Origin: Candidatus Omnitrophota bacterium
Lineage (GTDB): Bacteria > Omnitrophota > Gorgyraeia > B26-G9
NCBI GenBank assembly: GCA_043826565.1
Contig: JBDRPX010000019.1
Span: 5,369 to 69,368, forward strand
Reading direction: 5' to 3'
DNA length: 64,000 bases
In this document: positions 46,831-56,504 of the stretch, one piece after another
Layout of the letters: every line of letters starts with the position of its first letter
Position numbering within the stretch: position 1 is the first letter of the stretch
The notes under the pieces: generated by a model
What the model was told of the DNA's origin: nothing
The model's database searches: none
Seen by the model: the letters and a program-made list of their open reading frames with translations, nothing else
Program-made: the position numbers and the translations under genes

Positions 46831-48531
46831 ATGGCTTTTAAGAGAGAAGTGTTTGATAAGTTTTTAGATGCGATAATTAAAATTGCGGCCAGTGTATCTT
46901 TTATCCTATTGGTTTTCCAGTGGGGAGTGCATGTTAATGAGATGCCTTTGGAGCTGTTTAATAGAGTAGATACAATTGTGCTGTATACTTTTTTGACTAC
47001 AGTGGCCTTAAGATTTTTATTATCTCCGTCGAAACTGCAGCATTTTAAGAAAAACTGGCTGGATCTTATTGTGATTATCCCGGCAGTGCAGTTTTTTGCG
47101 CATGGGTTAAGAACCGCGTGTCTTTTTATTGTTATTCGTCAGAGTTTTCTGCTTTTTAAAAGGCTATTCCGCAGCGGTATGCTCCAGAAATTAATCAACT
47201 TATTAGGTTTAAAACCGGCACAGCTGCTGGTTGTGAGTTTTGGCATGACCATACTTGTGGGAGCATTTTTACTTACCTTACCCATTGCCACGCAAGACGG
47301 CAGCGGAGCTGATTTTATCGACGCGCTGTTTACCGCGACTTCCGCGACCTGTGTTACCGGTTTGATCGTTCAGGATACCGGAACTTTTTTCTCTACTTTT
47401 GGACAGATAGTAATTCTGGCCTTGATCCAGGTCGGAGCTTTGGGGATCATGACCTTTTCGGTAACTTTATTTTTAGCTGTGGGCCGTCAGGTTTCCAGCA
47501 AAGAGAGAATGGCCATGCAGGAAGTACTGGATCAGGATAGCGCGGCGGATATTTTGGGACTGGTTAAGTTTATTGTTGGAATGACCATATCGGTTGAACT
47601 TATCGGTGCGGCTTTTTTGTACTTCTCATTTACCCCGTATATTTCTGATCCGCTAAACAGATTATATGCAGCGGTATTTCATTCGATATCCGCGTTTTGT
47701 AATGCGGGATTTTCCGTATTTTCGGATAATCTGATGGCTTATGTAACTGATCCAAAAATCAATCTGTGTATTTGTTTTTTGATTATCTTCGGCGGGATCG
47801 GATTTATCGTTGTTAAAGATCTTTGGGATAAATACATAATACGTAAACGTTCCCGGGCCTTACGCTTGAAACTGCATACAAAACTGGTTTTGACCATGAG
47901 TCTGGCATTACTGATCATCGGTACGGTTTGTATTTATTTTGCCGAAAGTAATGCCGCGTTAAAAGGCATGCCGTTAAAAGACCAAATATTGGTCAGCTTT
48001 TTCCAGTCGACATCGGCAAGAACTGCCGGATTTAATACCATTGATATCGGAAAGATGACTAATTCCAGTGTGTTTATTATGATTGTGCTGATGTTTATCG
48101 GAGCGTCTGCCGGTTCTACAGGCGGCGGTATTAAAACCACGACATTTTGGATCATCCTCAAGGCATTTACCAGTCATATGAAAAATAAAGAAGATATCAG
48201 CGCGTTTAAGCGCAAAATCCCGGATGTGATCCTGGGCAAGGCAATTACGGTTGTGGTATTATCTACCGGCCTGGTGATTTTATTTACTTATCTTTTGGGA
48301 GTATTTGAGCAGTTACCTTTTCGTGATCTGGTATTTGAAGTAGTTTCGGCTTTCGGTACCGTAGGCTTATCCTGCGGTATAACCTTTGACCTTAATCTGG
48401 CCGGGAAAGTCTTGATTACGATATTGATGTTTTTAGGCAGGCTGGGGCCGTTAACTGTGGTACTGGCATTTTCACGTTATACCCGTAAGATAAATTATAC
48501 ATATGCGGAAGAAAAAATTATGGTAGGATAA
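46831..48531 (+). CDS. trkH: TrkH/KtrB-family potassium transporter with an N-terminal two-helix extension
   Basis: Repeated M-P-M units with selectivity-filter-like 'TATSATCVTGL' and 'TARTAGFNT' loops. 566 aa. Confidence 0.75.
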   Translation: MAFKREVFDKFLDAIIKIAASVSFILLVFQWGVHVNEMPLELFNRVDTIVLYTFLTTVALRFLLSPSKLQHFKKNWLDLIVIIPAVQFFAHGLRTACLFIVIRQSFLLFKRLFRSGMLQKLINLLGLKPAQLLVVSFGMTILVGAFLLTLPIATQDGSGADFIDALFTATSATCVTGLIVQDTGTFFSTFGQIVILALIQVGALGIMTFSVTLFLAVGRQVSSKERMAMQEVLDQDSAADILGLVKFIVGMTISVELIGAAFLYFSFTPYISDPLNRLYAAVFHSISAFCNAGFSVFSDNLMAYVTDPKINLCICFLIIFGGIGFIVVKDLWDKYIIRKRSRALRLKLHTKLVLTMSLALLIIGTVCIYFAESNAALKGMPLKDQILVSFFQSTSARTAGFNTIDIGKMTNSSVFIMIVLMFIGASAGSTGGGIKTTTFWIILKAFTSHMKNKEDISAFKRKIPDVILGKAITVVVLSTGLVILFTYLLGVFEQLPFRDLVFEVVSAFGTVGLSCGITFDLNLAGKVLITILMFLGRLGPLTVVLAFSRYTRKINYTYAEEKIMVG

Positions 48532-48534
48532 ATA

Positions 48535-48732
48535 AATTAAAAGTCAAAAATCAAAGGTCAAAAGGCAAAAGTGCAACTCAAAATTCAAAACTAGTTAAAC
48601 AGTAGGAAAGATAACTGAGATTAGTGAAATATTGAGGATGCTTACTGCAGGAAGATTACAATCGAAGAACAAAAAGTTTTTATTTTTAAATTATATTTTT
48701 GAGTTTTGAATTCTAAATTTTGAGTTTTAACA
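48535..48732. repeat. inverted pair of 'TCAAAA' heptamer arrays
   Basis: 'aaagtcaaaaatcaaaggtcaaaaggcaaaagtgcaactcaaaattcaaaac' ... 'tttgagttttgaattctaaattttgagttttaac'. Confidence 0.5.
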
Positions 48733-48743
48733 GGAGGTTTATA

Positions 48744-49796
48744 ATGCAATATCCCATAACAAGATTAAGGCGGCTGCGCAAAAGCCAGGTATTAAGGAAC
48801 ATGTTTCAGGAAACGGAATTAAATGTAAAATCGCTTATTTATCCGGTATTTGTCGTCGAAGGCAAAGAGGTTAAAGATCCGATTGAATCAATGCCGGGTC
48901 ATTACCGGATGTCTGTAGATGTATTATTAAAAGAACTAAAAGAAATTAGTGATTTGCGTGTTCCGGGAATAATGTTATTCGGGCTTCCGGAGAAAAAAGA
49001 CGAGCGGGCAACAACAGCATATGCTAAAAACGGGATTGTTCAGACAGCAATTCGGGCGATAAAAGAAAAATTTCCCAGTTTAATGGTTATTACGGATGTC
49101 TGTTTATGCGCGTATACTCCTTCCGGACATTGCGGTATTGTTAAAAACTGGGGTGTGGGGAATAAGGAAGAGGCGCAGTCGGAACAGGCAAATGACGAGT
49201 CCCGGGCCCAGGAAATGGTTATCTATAACGATGCCAGCTGTGAATTATTAGCTAAGACAGCGCTTTCCCATGCTGAAGCCGGAGCAGATATGGTTGCGCC
49301 CAGCAGTATGATGGACGGACAGGTAAATGCCATACGTACAGCTTTAGACGCGAATAATTTTAAGCATATTCCGATTATGTCGTACAGCGTGAAATATGCG
49401 TCGGCTTTTTACGGGCCTTTTCGGGAAGCGGCACAATCTGCGCCGGAATTTGGGGACCGGACGACATATCAGCTGAACCCGGGAAATTCCGAAGAAGCCA
49501 TGCGGGAGATTGAATTAGATATCCAGGAAGGCGCGGATATTGTTATGGTTAAACCTGGACTGGCGTATTTAGATATCGTGGTTCGGGCCAAACAGCGTTT
49601 TAACCGGCCGGTTGCCGCGTATAATGTCAGCGGTGAGTTTTCCATGGTTAAAGCAGCAGCGGCACAGGAATGGATAGATGAAAAACAGGTTGTATTGGAA
49701 ATTTTGACCAGTATGAAACGGGCGGGAGCGGATGTGATTATTACTTACCATGCTAAAGATGTCGCCCGGTGGCTGAGTGGGAAGTTTCTTTTGTAG
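48744..49796 (+). CDS. hemB: porphobilinogen synthase (ALA dehydratase)
   Basis: 'RLRRLRKSQVLRNMFQET' N-terminus, Zn-binding Cys cluster 'CLCAYTPSGHCG', and the Schiff-base Lys region. RBS 'aggagg' upstream of ATG 48744. Confidence 0.85.
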   Translation: MQYPITRLRRLRKSQVLRNMFQETELNVKSLIYPVFVVEGKEVKDPIESMPGHYRMSVDVLLKELKEISDLRVPGIMLFGLPEKKDERATTAYAKNGIVQTAIRAIKEKFPSLMVITDVCLCAYTPSGHCGIVKNWGVGNKEEAQSEQANDESRAQEMVIYNDASCELLAKTALSHAEAGADMVAPSSMMDGQVNAIRTALDANNFKHIPIMSYSVKYASAFYGPFREAAQSAPEFGDRTTYQLNPGNSEEAMREIELDIQEGADIVMVKPGLAYLDIVVRAKQRFNRPVAAYNVSGEFSMVKAAAAQEWIDEKQVVLEILTSMKRAGADVIITYHAKDVARWLSGKFLL

Positions 49797-49894
49797 CACT
49801 TCATAGGAGAGTTCCAGGTTTCATGTCCCAGGTAGCAGGAAAAACCTGAGACATGCGGCTTGTGACCTGTAACTAACTTTAAAAGGGAACATTA

Positions 49895-50911
49895 ATGCTC
49901 ATCTCTTGGAATATTACTAAAGCATGTAATTTAAAGTGTCAGCATTGTTATCGTGATGCCGGAGACTGCGCGCAAAATGAATTAACGCTTGAAGAAGGGA
50001 AGAAGCTTTTAACTGATCTTAAATCTCTTAATTTCAGATTAGTGATCTTTTCCGGGGGAGAGCCGCTACTGCGCAATGAATTATATGATTGGATACGTTT
50101 TGCCGGGAATCTCGGCCTGATCAGTGTCTTAGGCTCTAATGGTACACTTATTGATAAAGAGACTGCTCTAAAGCTGAAACAGACCGGCCTTAAACGCGCG
50201 GGCATAAGCCTTGACTCAGTTGATCCGGAAACTCACGATATATTCCGCTGTGCGGGAGGTTCCTGGGAGAAAGCTGTCGCCGGAATGAACAATTGTACGG
50301 CGGCCGGACTTGAATTTCAAATACATACTACGGTTACGAAAAAGAATATTGATGAAGTATTGAAGATCTCGGATTTTGCGGAAAGTATCGGTGCTTGTGC
50401 GCATCATATATTTTTCTTAGTCCCGACGGGCCGGGGTAAGGATATCGACGGAGTTACTCCTTCTGCGGCTGAATATGAAGAGCTTCTGGGAAAAATACTG
50501 GAAAAACAAAAGACTTTAAGTATTGAATTAAAACCGGTGTGTGCGCCTCATTTTATGAGAATTGCCCGGCAAAAGCAGATAAATATGCGCTTTGATAAAG
50601 GCTGCTTAGCGGGAGTAAGTTACTGTTGTATCCTGCCGGACGGCACCGTGCATCCGTGTCCGTATCTGCCGATTGATTTGGGGAATGTAAGAGAAGAGGG
50701 GTTTGTTAAAATCTGGCAGGAGAATAAGGTGTTTAATGATTTGCGCGCTTTAGACCTAAAAGGCAAGTGCGGGATTTGTGAATTTAAAAAGATTTGCTCC
50801 GGCTGTCGTGCAGCGGCGTTTTACACTTCAGACGGAGATTATTTAGCGGAGGATCTGAATTGCAGTTATGAACCAAAAAGAAAAACAGCTCTTAGAGATA
50901 CTTCAATCTGA
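49895..50911 (+). CDS. radical-SAM/SPASM enzyme of the alternative heme biosynthesis pathway (AhbC/AhbD, NirJ-like)
   Basis: 'KACNLKCQHCY' CxxxCxxC motif. C-terminal SPASM Cys cluster 'GKCGICEFKKICSGCRAAA'. Sits between hemB and the ahbA/ahbB-like genes. Confidence 0.7.
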   Translation: MLISWNITKACNLKCQHCYRDAGDCAQNELTLEEGKKLLTDLKSLNFRLVIFSGGEPLLRNELYDWIRFAGNLGLISVLGSNGTLIDKETALKLKQTGLKRAGISLDSVDPETHDIFRCAGGSWEKAVAGMNNCTAAGLEFQIHTTVTKKNIDEVLKISDFAESIGACAHHIFFLVPTGRGKDIDGVTPSAAEYEELLGKILEKQKTLSIELKPVCAPHFMRIARQKQINMRFDKGCLAGVSYCCILPDGTVHPCPYLPIDLGNVREEGFVKIWQENKVFNDLRALDLKGKCGICEFKKICSGCRAAAFYTSDGDYLAEDLNCSYEPKRKTALRDTSI

Positions 50912-51314
50912 TTTTCCTGAAGGTCAGCGCCCCTTTCGGGTGATTGCCGAGCGGCTTCGGATAAGTGAAGCTGCTTTATTAAAAAAGATCGGGGAGTTAA
51001 AGCGCAGCGGTGTTATCCGCCGCATCGGAGCGACGATCAATTCCCAGAGCATTGGTTATAAAAGTATTCTTATCGCGGCCTGTGTTGATTTAAAAAACCT
51101 GGAGTCAATAGTCTCATTCATTAATGCTTCCGAGAGTGTTTCACATAATTACTTACGCGACTGCGAATATAATATATGGTTTACTTTAAGTAAGCGGACA
51201 AAAAAAGAGATTACTGATTTTATCCGGAAATTTAAAAATAAAAAAGGCGTGCGGAAAGTTTTAGAATTGCCTGCGGAAAAAACAATTAAAATAAAAGCGG
51301 AATTTGTCTTATGA
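50868..51314 (+). CDS. siroheme decarboxylase subunit (AhbA/NirD-L family, AsnC-like HTH)
   Basis: N-terminal HTH 'KQLLEILQSDFPEGQRPFRVIAERLRISEAALLKKIGELKRSGVIRRIGA' typical of NirD/NirL/AhbA/B. Confidence 0.65.
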   Translation: MNQKEKQLLEILQSDFPEGQRPFRVIAERLRISEAALLKKIGELKRSGVIRRIGATINSQSIGYKSILIAACVDLKNLESIVSFINASESVSHNYLRDCEYNIWFTLSKRTKKEITDFIRKFKNKKGVRKVLELPAEKTIKIKAEFVL

Positions 51315-51820
51315 AAAAGTCTCCGGTCACAGGTCACAAGTCACAAGTAAAAAAAATAAACAAAATACAAAAAGAGATTATTTGTTTCTTGCAAGGGGAT
51401 ATTCCCCTAAAGCCTAATCCGTATACTGGCTTAGCAAAAAAACTTGATATTGCCGAGGATGAAATTATCCGGCAGATAAAAGTATTAAAAAAACAAGGAT
51501 ATATCCGGAGGTTTGGCGCGATTTTAAGTCATCACAAGGTCGGCTTAAACAGCAATTGTATGTGTGTCTGGAATGTGCCTAAGCTTAAGATAAACAAAAT
51601 ATCAAAAGGCGCATTCGGAAGACCGGAAATTAGCCATTGTTATCTAAGAAAGACTACCCCGGATTGGCCGTATAATTTTTATACCATGATACACGCTGGT
51701 TCACCGAAGCAGTGTATGCAGATAATCAATGAACTTAGTAAACAGAATGGTGTTAGTGATTATAAGATGCTGTTTACAAAAAAACAATTTAAAAAAACCA
51801 GTCCGGTGTATAAAATATAG
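51311..51820 (+). CDS. siroheme decarboxylase second subunit (AhbB/NirG-H family)
   Basis: 'ICFLQGDIPLKPNPYTGLAKKLDIAEDEIIRQIKVLKKQGYIRRFGAIL' paralogous HTH + ligand-domain layout. ATGA overlap with the upstream gene. Confidence 0.65.
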   Translation: MKKSPVTGHKSQVKKINKIQKEIICFLQGDIPLKPNPYTGLAKKLDIAEDEIIRQIKVLKKQGYIRRFGAILSHHKVGLNSNCMCVWNVPKLKINKISKGAFGRPEISHCYLRKTTPDWPYNFYTMIHAGSPKQCMQIINELSKQNGVSDYKMLFTKKQFKKTSPVYKI

Positions 51821-51905
51821 AAGACAGAAGACAGAAGACAGAAGACAGAAAGAATACTAGATACTAAAATTTTTTAAATTTCTGACCTCTGTTTTCTGAT
51901 ATCTG
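51817..51905. repeat. AGAAGAC x4 tandem heptamer array followed by an inverted copy of the 'CAGAAAACAGAGGNCAGA' motif
   Basis: 'agaagacagaagacagaagacagaagacagaaag' ... 'tctgacctctgttttctgatatctg' (reverse complement 'cagatatcagaaaacagaggtcaga'). Confidence 0.5.
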
Positions 51906-51935
51906 ATTTCTTTAGATTGAAAGGAAGAGAAAGTT

Positions 51936-53222
51936 GTGAACAAAAGATCAAATTCGGCAGAATACTATAAGCAGGCGTTAAAGCTTATGCCCGGCGGAGT
52001 AAATAGCCCGGTACGTGCTTTTGGCGCGGTGGGCGGTAACCCGGTATTTATTAAAAGAGGTAAGGGCTCCCGCATATATGATGTTGACGGGAACGCGTAT
52101 ATTGATTATGTCTTAAGCTGGGGGCCGCTGATCTTAGGACATGCTCATAAAGAGGTTGTTGCCGAGGTAAAGAAGAGTTTATTTTATGGGTTAAGTTTCG
52201 GAGCTCCGACAAAAGCTGAAGTAGATTTTGCTAAAATAATTACCCAGGCAATTCCGAGCATGCAGATGCTTCGGCTGGTTAATTCCGGAACCGAAGCGAC
52301 CATGAGCGCGATCAGATTAGCGCGCGGGTTTACTAAAAAGAATAAAATAATTAAGTTTAGCGGTTGTTATCACGGGCACAATGACGGATTATTAGTAAAA
52401 GCCGGCAGTGGAACTGCTACTTTTGGGATTCCCTCAAGCAAAGGAGTGCCGCGTGATTTTACTAAAAATACGATCGTTGTTCCGTATAATGACATTGCGG
52501 CTATAAAGAAGGTAATTACTGCGCAGCATAAAGATATTGCCGCGGTTATTTTAGAGCCTGTAGCCGGAAATATGGGTGTTGTAAAACCAAAGAATGAATT
52601 TTTGGCAGAGCTTAGAAAGCTTACGGAAAAAAATAATATATTATTGATCTTTGACGAAGTTATTACCGGATTTAGGTTTTGTTTCGGCGGAGCGCAGAAG
52701 CTGTTTAAGATCAAACCGGATATTACTTGTTTGGGCAAGATAATCGGAGGAGGACTGCCTATTGGCGCTTATGGAGCAAGTAAAGAAATAATGAGCAGTA
52801 TTTGTCCTTTAGGCGAGGTGTATCAGGCCGGGACTTTATCGGGAAATCCGATTGCGGTTAGTTCCGGGTTAAAAACATTACAGATTTTACGCAAATTGGA
52901 CTATAATAGAATTAATAAACTGGCTAAGGTCTTATGTGAACAGATTGAAGAAATATGCCGGGAGCACAAGGTAAAAGCAAAGATTAATCGGATGGGCTCG
53001 ATGTTTACGCTCTTTTTTACAGAAAAGCAAGTTGTTGATTATCGCAGTGCGTCTTTAGCTGATTCTAAGCAATACGCGAAGTTTTTTAATGCCATGCTTG
53101 ACGCCGGGATTTATATGGCGCCTTCACAATTTGAAGCTAATTTTTTATCTTTCGCGCATACGAAACAGGATATCGAAAAAACAGTAAAAGCAGTAGAAAA
53201 AGCTGTAAGCTCTAAGCTGTAA
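51936..53222 (+). CDS. hemL: glutamate-1-semialdehyde 2,1-aminomutase
   Basis: 'YKQALKLMPGGVNSPVRAF' N-terminus and a class-III aminotransferase fold with PLP-Lys region. GTG start. Confidence 0.85.
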   Translation: MNKRSNSAEYYKQALKLMPGGVNSPVRAFGAVGGNPVFIKRGKGSRIYDVDGNAYIDYVLSWGPLILGHAHKEVVAEVKKSLFYGLSFGAPTKAEVDFAKIITQAIPSMQMLRLVNSGTEATMSAIRLARGFTKKNKIIKFSGCYHGHNDGLLVKAGSGTATFGIPSSKGVPRDFTKNTIVVPYNDIAAIKKVITAQHKDIAAVILEPVAGNMGVVKPKNEFLAELRKLTEKNNILLIFDEVITGFRFCFGGAQKLFKIKPDITCLGKIIGGGLPIGAYGASKEIMSSICPLGEVYQAGTLSGNPIAVSSGLKTLQILRKLDYNRINKLAKVLCEQIEEICREHKVKAKINRMGSMFTLFFTEKQVVDYRSASLADSKQYAKFFNAMLDAGIYMAPSQFEANFLSFAHTKQDIEKTVKAVEKAVSSKL

Positions 53223-53374
53223 GCTATAAGGATTAAGAAAAAGTTACGAGTAACAGTTTAAAAGATAAAAGCAGTTTAATCTCAGGATATGCTTTTAAAA
53301 AATTGTTTTTATGTCTTGGATGTTGAGATTTGTTTGTCTGCCGGGAAGCGAGATCTCGCCAAGGGCGGATAATT

Positions 53375-53510
53375 CGGGAATTGCAAATATCAAAATGACA
53401 GAGAAAAATGAAAAAAGAAGTTAAAAAGTACTATAATCAATGTTAATGTTTTTTATTTTTGACTTTTAACTTGTCATTTTGCATTTTGACTTTTGATTTT
53501 TGAGTTAATA
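53375..53510. repeat. inverted pair of 'TCAAAA/ATGACA' A-rich arrays upstream of tatA
   Basis: 'caaatatcaaaatgacagagaaaaatgaaaaaag' ... 'tttttgacttttaacttgtcattttgcattttgacttttgatttttgag'. Confidence 0.5.
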
Positions 53511-53524
53511 ATAGGAGATATTAT

Positions 53525-53773
53525 ATGTTTAGTGTAGGAATGCCGGAGTTAATCTTAGTATTTGTCGTGGCCCTGCTTATCTTCGGTCCGCGAAAACTTC
53601 CTGAAATAGGCAGGACTATGGGCAAAGCCATGCGTGAGTTTAAACGGGCGGCGGAAGATTTTAAAGACGCGATTAATCAGGAGCCTCCGGAAGAGCTGGT
53701 TAAAGATGTAGAAGAAAAGCTTAAGAAAAATGAAGAAAATCTGACCAAAGAAGGGAAGAGTCTTAGTGGATAA
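53525..53773 (+). CDS. tatA: twin-arginine translocase subunit TatA/E
   Basis: '[35 protein letters not shown]'. Confidence 0.8.
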   Translation: MFSVGMPELILVFVVALLIFGPRKLPEIGRTMGKAMREFKRAAEDFKDAINQEPPEELVKDVEEKLKKNEENLTKEGKSLSG

Positions 53774-54515
53774 AATTTACGATGATGTAGATAAGCCTCT
53801 TTCGATCCTTAAGCATCTGGAAGAATTAAGAAACCGGCTTTTATTTTCGTTATTATTGATCGTTGCGTGTATGTCTATCGGCTATAGTTTTATTCCGCAG
53901 ATAATGGATGTCATCATCAAGCCGATCGGAAAACTATATTTTATGAGTCCGACTGAGGCGTTTTGGGTGCAGATAAAAGTCGCTTTTTTTGTCGGGATTT
54001 ATTTCTCCCTGCCGTTTATTTTTTATCAGATCTGGAAATTCGTGGAAATCGGATTAAAACGCCGGGAAAAACATTTTCTTGTTCCGCTAAGTTTGTGTTC
54101 ATTCCTGCTTTTTACCCTCGGCGGAAGTTTTTGTTATATTATTGTGATCCCGGTAGCGATTAAGTTCCTGCTTTCCTATGGATCGGCTACTTTAGTGCCG
54201 ATTATTTCTGTAAGCAAGTATATCTCGTTCTTAGGAGGTCTGATCTTTGCCTTTGGCATAACCTTTCAGCTTCCTCTGGTTATGATGTTTCTCGCGCGTA
54301 TGGGGGTGGTGAATAATCTGGCCTTGCGCAAGGCCAGGCGGTTTGCTATCCTGGGAGCGTTTATTGTTGCCGCGGCTTTAACCCCGACCCCGGATATGGT
54401 CAATCAAACGCTTTTGGCTTTGCCGATTATTGTTTTATATGAGATAAGTATTTGGTTAGTAAAGATATTTGAAAAGAAGTCCGAAGTTTATGGAGAGGAT
54501 AGTTCTGAGGGCTAA
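53766..54515 (+). CDS. tatC: twin-arginine translocase subunit TatC
   Basis: Six TM helices and TatC family motifs (HLEELRNRL...; FYQIWKFV). Confidence 0.85.
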   Translation: MDKIYDDVDKPLSILKHLEELRNRLLFSLLLIVACMSIGYSFIPQIMDVIIKPIGKLYFMSPTEAFWVQIKVAFFVGIYFSLPFIFYQIWKFVEIGLKRREKHFLVPLSLCSFLLFTLGGSFCYIIVIPVAIKFLLSYGSATLVPIISVSKYISFLGGLIFAFGITFQLPLVMMFLARMGVVNNLALRKARRFAILGAFIVAAALTPTPDMVNQTLLALPIIVLYEISIWLVKIFEKKSEVYGEDSSEG

Positions 54516-54579
54516 ATAAAGACCTCTCACCTTTACAGGTTCGAGGTTAATTTGCTGTCGCAAATTAAGGAGGATTATT

Positions 54580-54759
54580 ATGGGTAGATTTGGGGTGCCG
54601 GAACTGGCGTTGATTTTAATTATTTTGTTATTACTTTTTGGGGCGAGTAAATTACCGCAGATGGCGCGTGCTCTTGGCGAAAGTATTAAAGAATTTAAAA
54701 AGTCGGTCAATAGTAAAGCTGAGGAACCTCAGGAAGAAAAAAAGGAAGGATCCGAGTAG
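54580..54759 (+). CDS. second TatA/TatB-family subunit (59 aa, below the ORF-track size cutoff)
   Basis: 'MGRFGVPELALILIILLLLFGASKLPQMARALGESIKEFKKS' with an RBS 'aaggagg' 7 nt upstream. Confidence 0.65.
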   Translation: MGRFGVPELALILIILLLLFGASKLPQMARALGESIKEFKKSVNSKAEEPQEEKKEGSE

Positions 54760-54762
54760 GGT

Positions 54763-55941
54763 ATGGCCACAGTTATTCTTAAACCTGATCAAGGACAACG
54801 GATTTACTCCGGATATCCCCGGGTATTTAATTATCAGATTAGCCAGATAAAAGGTGATTTTAAGCCGGGAGATATTGTTTCGGTGACAAATTCCCGCAGT
54901 GAATTTGTCGGCCGGGGATATATAAATCCCGGGTCTAATATTCCGGTACGTATTTTAACTCATGATGATGAGCCGATAAATAAAGAATTCCTGACCCGCC
55001 GGATAAAACAGGCGATTGATTTCCGCAAGAATATTATTTCTGAAGATACAAATGCTTACCGCCTGATTTTTTCCGAATCTGATTTTCTTTCCGGGCTTAT
55101 TGTGGATGTCTACGGAGACTGCTTAGTCATCCAGATGCTCACTTTGGGTATGGAGAATCAAAAGCAGGATATTATTGATATCTTAAAAGAGTTTATCAAG
55201 CCTAAAGGTATTTATTTGCGTAATGATACGCCGCTGCGTTTACAGGAGAATTTATCTTTAGAAAAAAAAGTTGTTTGCGGAAGATTTGGGACCAAGCTGG
55301 AAATAAGAGAGAACGGCGTGCCTTTTGTCGTGGATATCGAAAACGGACAAAGGACAGGATTTTATATTGACCGCCGCGATAACCGTCTTTTACTAAAAGA
55401 GATAACTAAAGGGAAAACAGTACTTGATTGTTTTTGCTATAGCGGAGCATTTTCTGTATATGCCAGCCGCTACGGCGCGTCTAAGGTTGTGGGTATTGAT
55501 ATTTCCGCGCATGCCTTGAAATTCGCTAAAACAAATATGAAGCTTAACCGAATTAACTCCCGGCGTTATGAATTTAAAGAAGATGATGTTTTTAATGCTT
55601 TAAGGGATCTTTGTGACCGCCGGGCTAAATTCGATGTGGTAATGCTTGACCCGCCCAGTTTAGTAAGCTCTAAAAATAAAATTGATAGCGGATTGCGCGG
55701 ATACCGGGAACTGAATTTAAGGGCTTTAACTCTTTTAAATAGAGGAGGCATTTTGGTAACATCAAGCTGTTCTTACCCTGTGCATGACCAGCTTTTTAAA
55801 CAGGTTTTGCAGGAAGTCGCGGATAAAGAAGGCCGGATGCTGCGGGTGATAAAATCCGGAAGCCAGTCTCCGGATCATCCCAAGTTCTTGAATATAAAGG
55901 AAAATTCTTACCTTAAATGCTTGGTCTTAGAGGTGTTGTAA
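54763..55941 (+). CDS. rlmI: 23S rRNA m5C1962 methyltransferase RlmI-like (PUA + class I SAM-MTase)
   Basis: 'RTGFYIDRRDNR', 'FDVVMLDPP' and 'RGGILVTSSCS' align with E. coli RlmI 'KTGYYLDQRDSR', 'FDVIVMDPP' and 'EGGILLTFSCS'. Confidence 0.8.
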   Translation: MATVILKPDQGQRIYSGYPRVFNYQISQIKGDFKPGDIVSVTNSRSEFVGRGYINPGSNIPVRILTHDDEPINKEFLTRRIKQAIDFRKNIISEDTNAYRLIFSESDFLSGLIVDVYGDCLVIQMLTLGMENQKQDIIDILKEFIKPKGIYLRNDTPLRLQENLSLEKKVVCGRFGTKLEIRENGVPFVVDIENGQRTGFYIDRRDNRLLLKEITKGKTVLDCFCYSGAFSVYASRYGASKVVGIDISAHALKFAKTNMKLNRINSRRYEFKEDDVFNALRDLCDRRAKFDVVMLDPPSLVSSKNKIDSGLRGYRELNLRALTLLNRGGILVTSSCSYPVHDQLFKQVLQEVADKEGRMLRVIKSGSQSPDHPKFLNIKENSYLKCLVLEVL

Positions 55942-55946
55942 TTTGC

Positions 55947-56474
55947 TTACCAGTTGAAGTTTTTCGGTTCGGAAGTCAAATCGCTTTTTTTCTTTGTTTC
56001 TTTTTGAATGATTTTTTTTGTTTTTTTTACGTTCTTATATTCCAGTTCTGTTTTGAGGTCCCGGATTTCATTCTGCAAACGCAAAATATTTTCTTTTTCT
56101 CTGGTAAGTTCCTCGCCTAAAGATTTATTTGTATTTTTGAAAATCCGTAATTCTTTTTCTATATTATTATACTTCTGTTCAAAAGCAGTGAGCTTTTTCT
56201 CAAGGGCAAGGCTTTTTCCCTGTGCCGCGGCTAAGTCCTGCTGCGCTTTTTTGGTTGTTTTTTTTAAGTCAGCACATTCATTTGTTGTTTTTTTTAAGTC
56301 GGAAGTAATCACAGTATTTGCTTTAGTTAAGGATTTTAACTTATCGTACAGATCACTGCTTTTATCCAATTCAACTTTCTTCCTGGATGTTGAGCCGATT
56401 GCCCAAAGAAGACTGATTATGCTGATGACAAAAAACACCGCAAGAATCTTTTTTAAAGAAGACTCGTTCATCAT
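55947..56474 (-). CDS. membrane-anchored coiled-coil protein (hypothetical)
   Basis: N-terminal TM helix followed by heptad-rich K/E/L sequence. Confidence 0.4.
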   Translation of the reverse strand: MMNESSLKKILAVFFVISIISLLWAIGSTSRKKVELDKSSDLYDKLKSLTKANTVITSDLKKTTNECADLKKTTKKAQQDLAAAQGKSLALEKKLTAFEQKYNNIEKELRIFKNTNKSLGEELTREKENILRLQNEIRDLKTELEYKNVKKTKKIIQKETKKKSDLTSEPKNFNW

Positions 56475-56504
56475 TGTTTTACTCTTGGTTTAGCAGCAAC
56501 TAGG

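Noticed and set aside
51320-51347. 'gtcacag gtcacaa gtcacaa' tandem heptamers as a regulatory repeat
   Set aside because: They lie inside the only available in-frame start region of the ahbB-like gene (encoding VTGHKSQ). They are too short to call as a separate feature.
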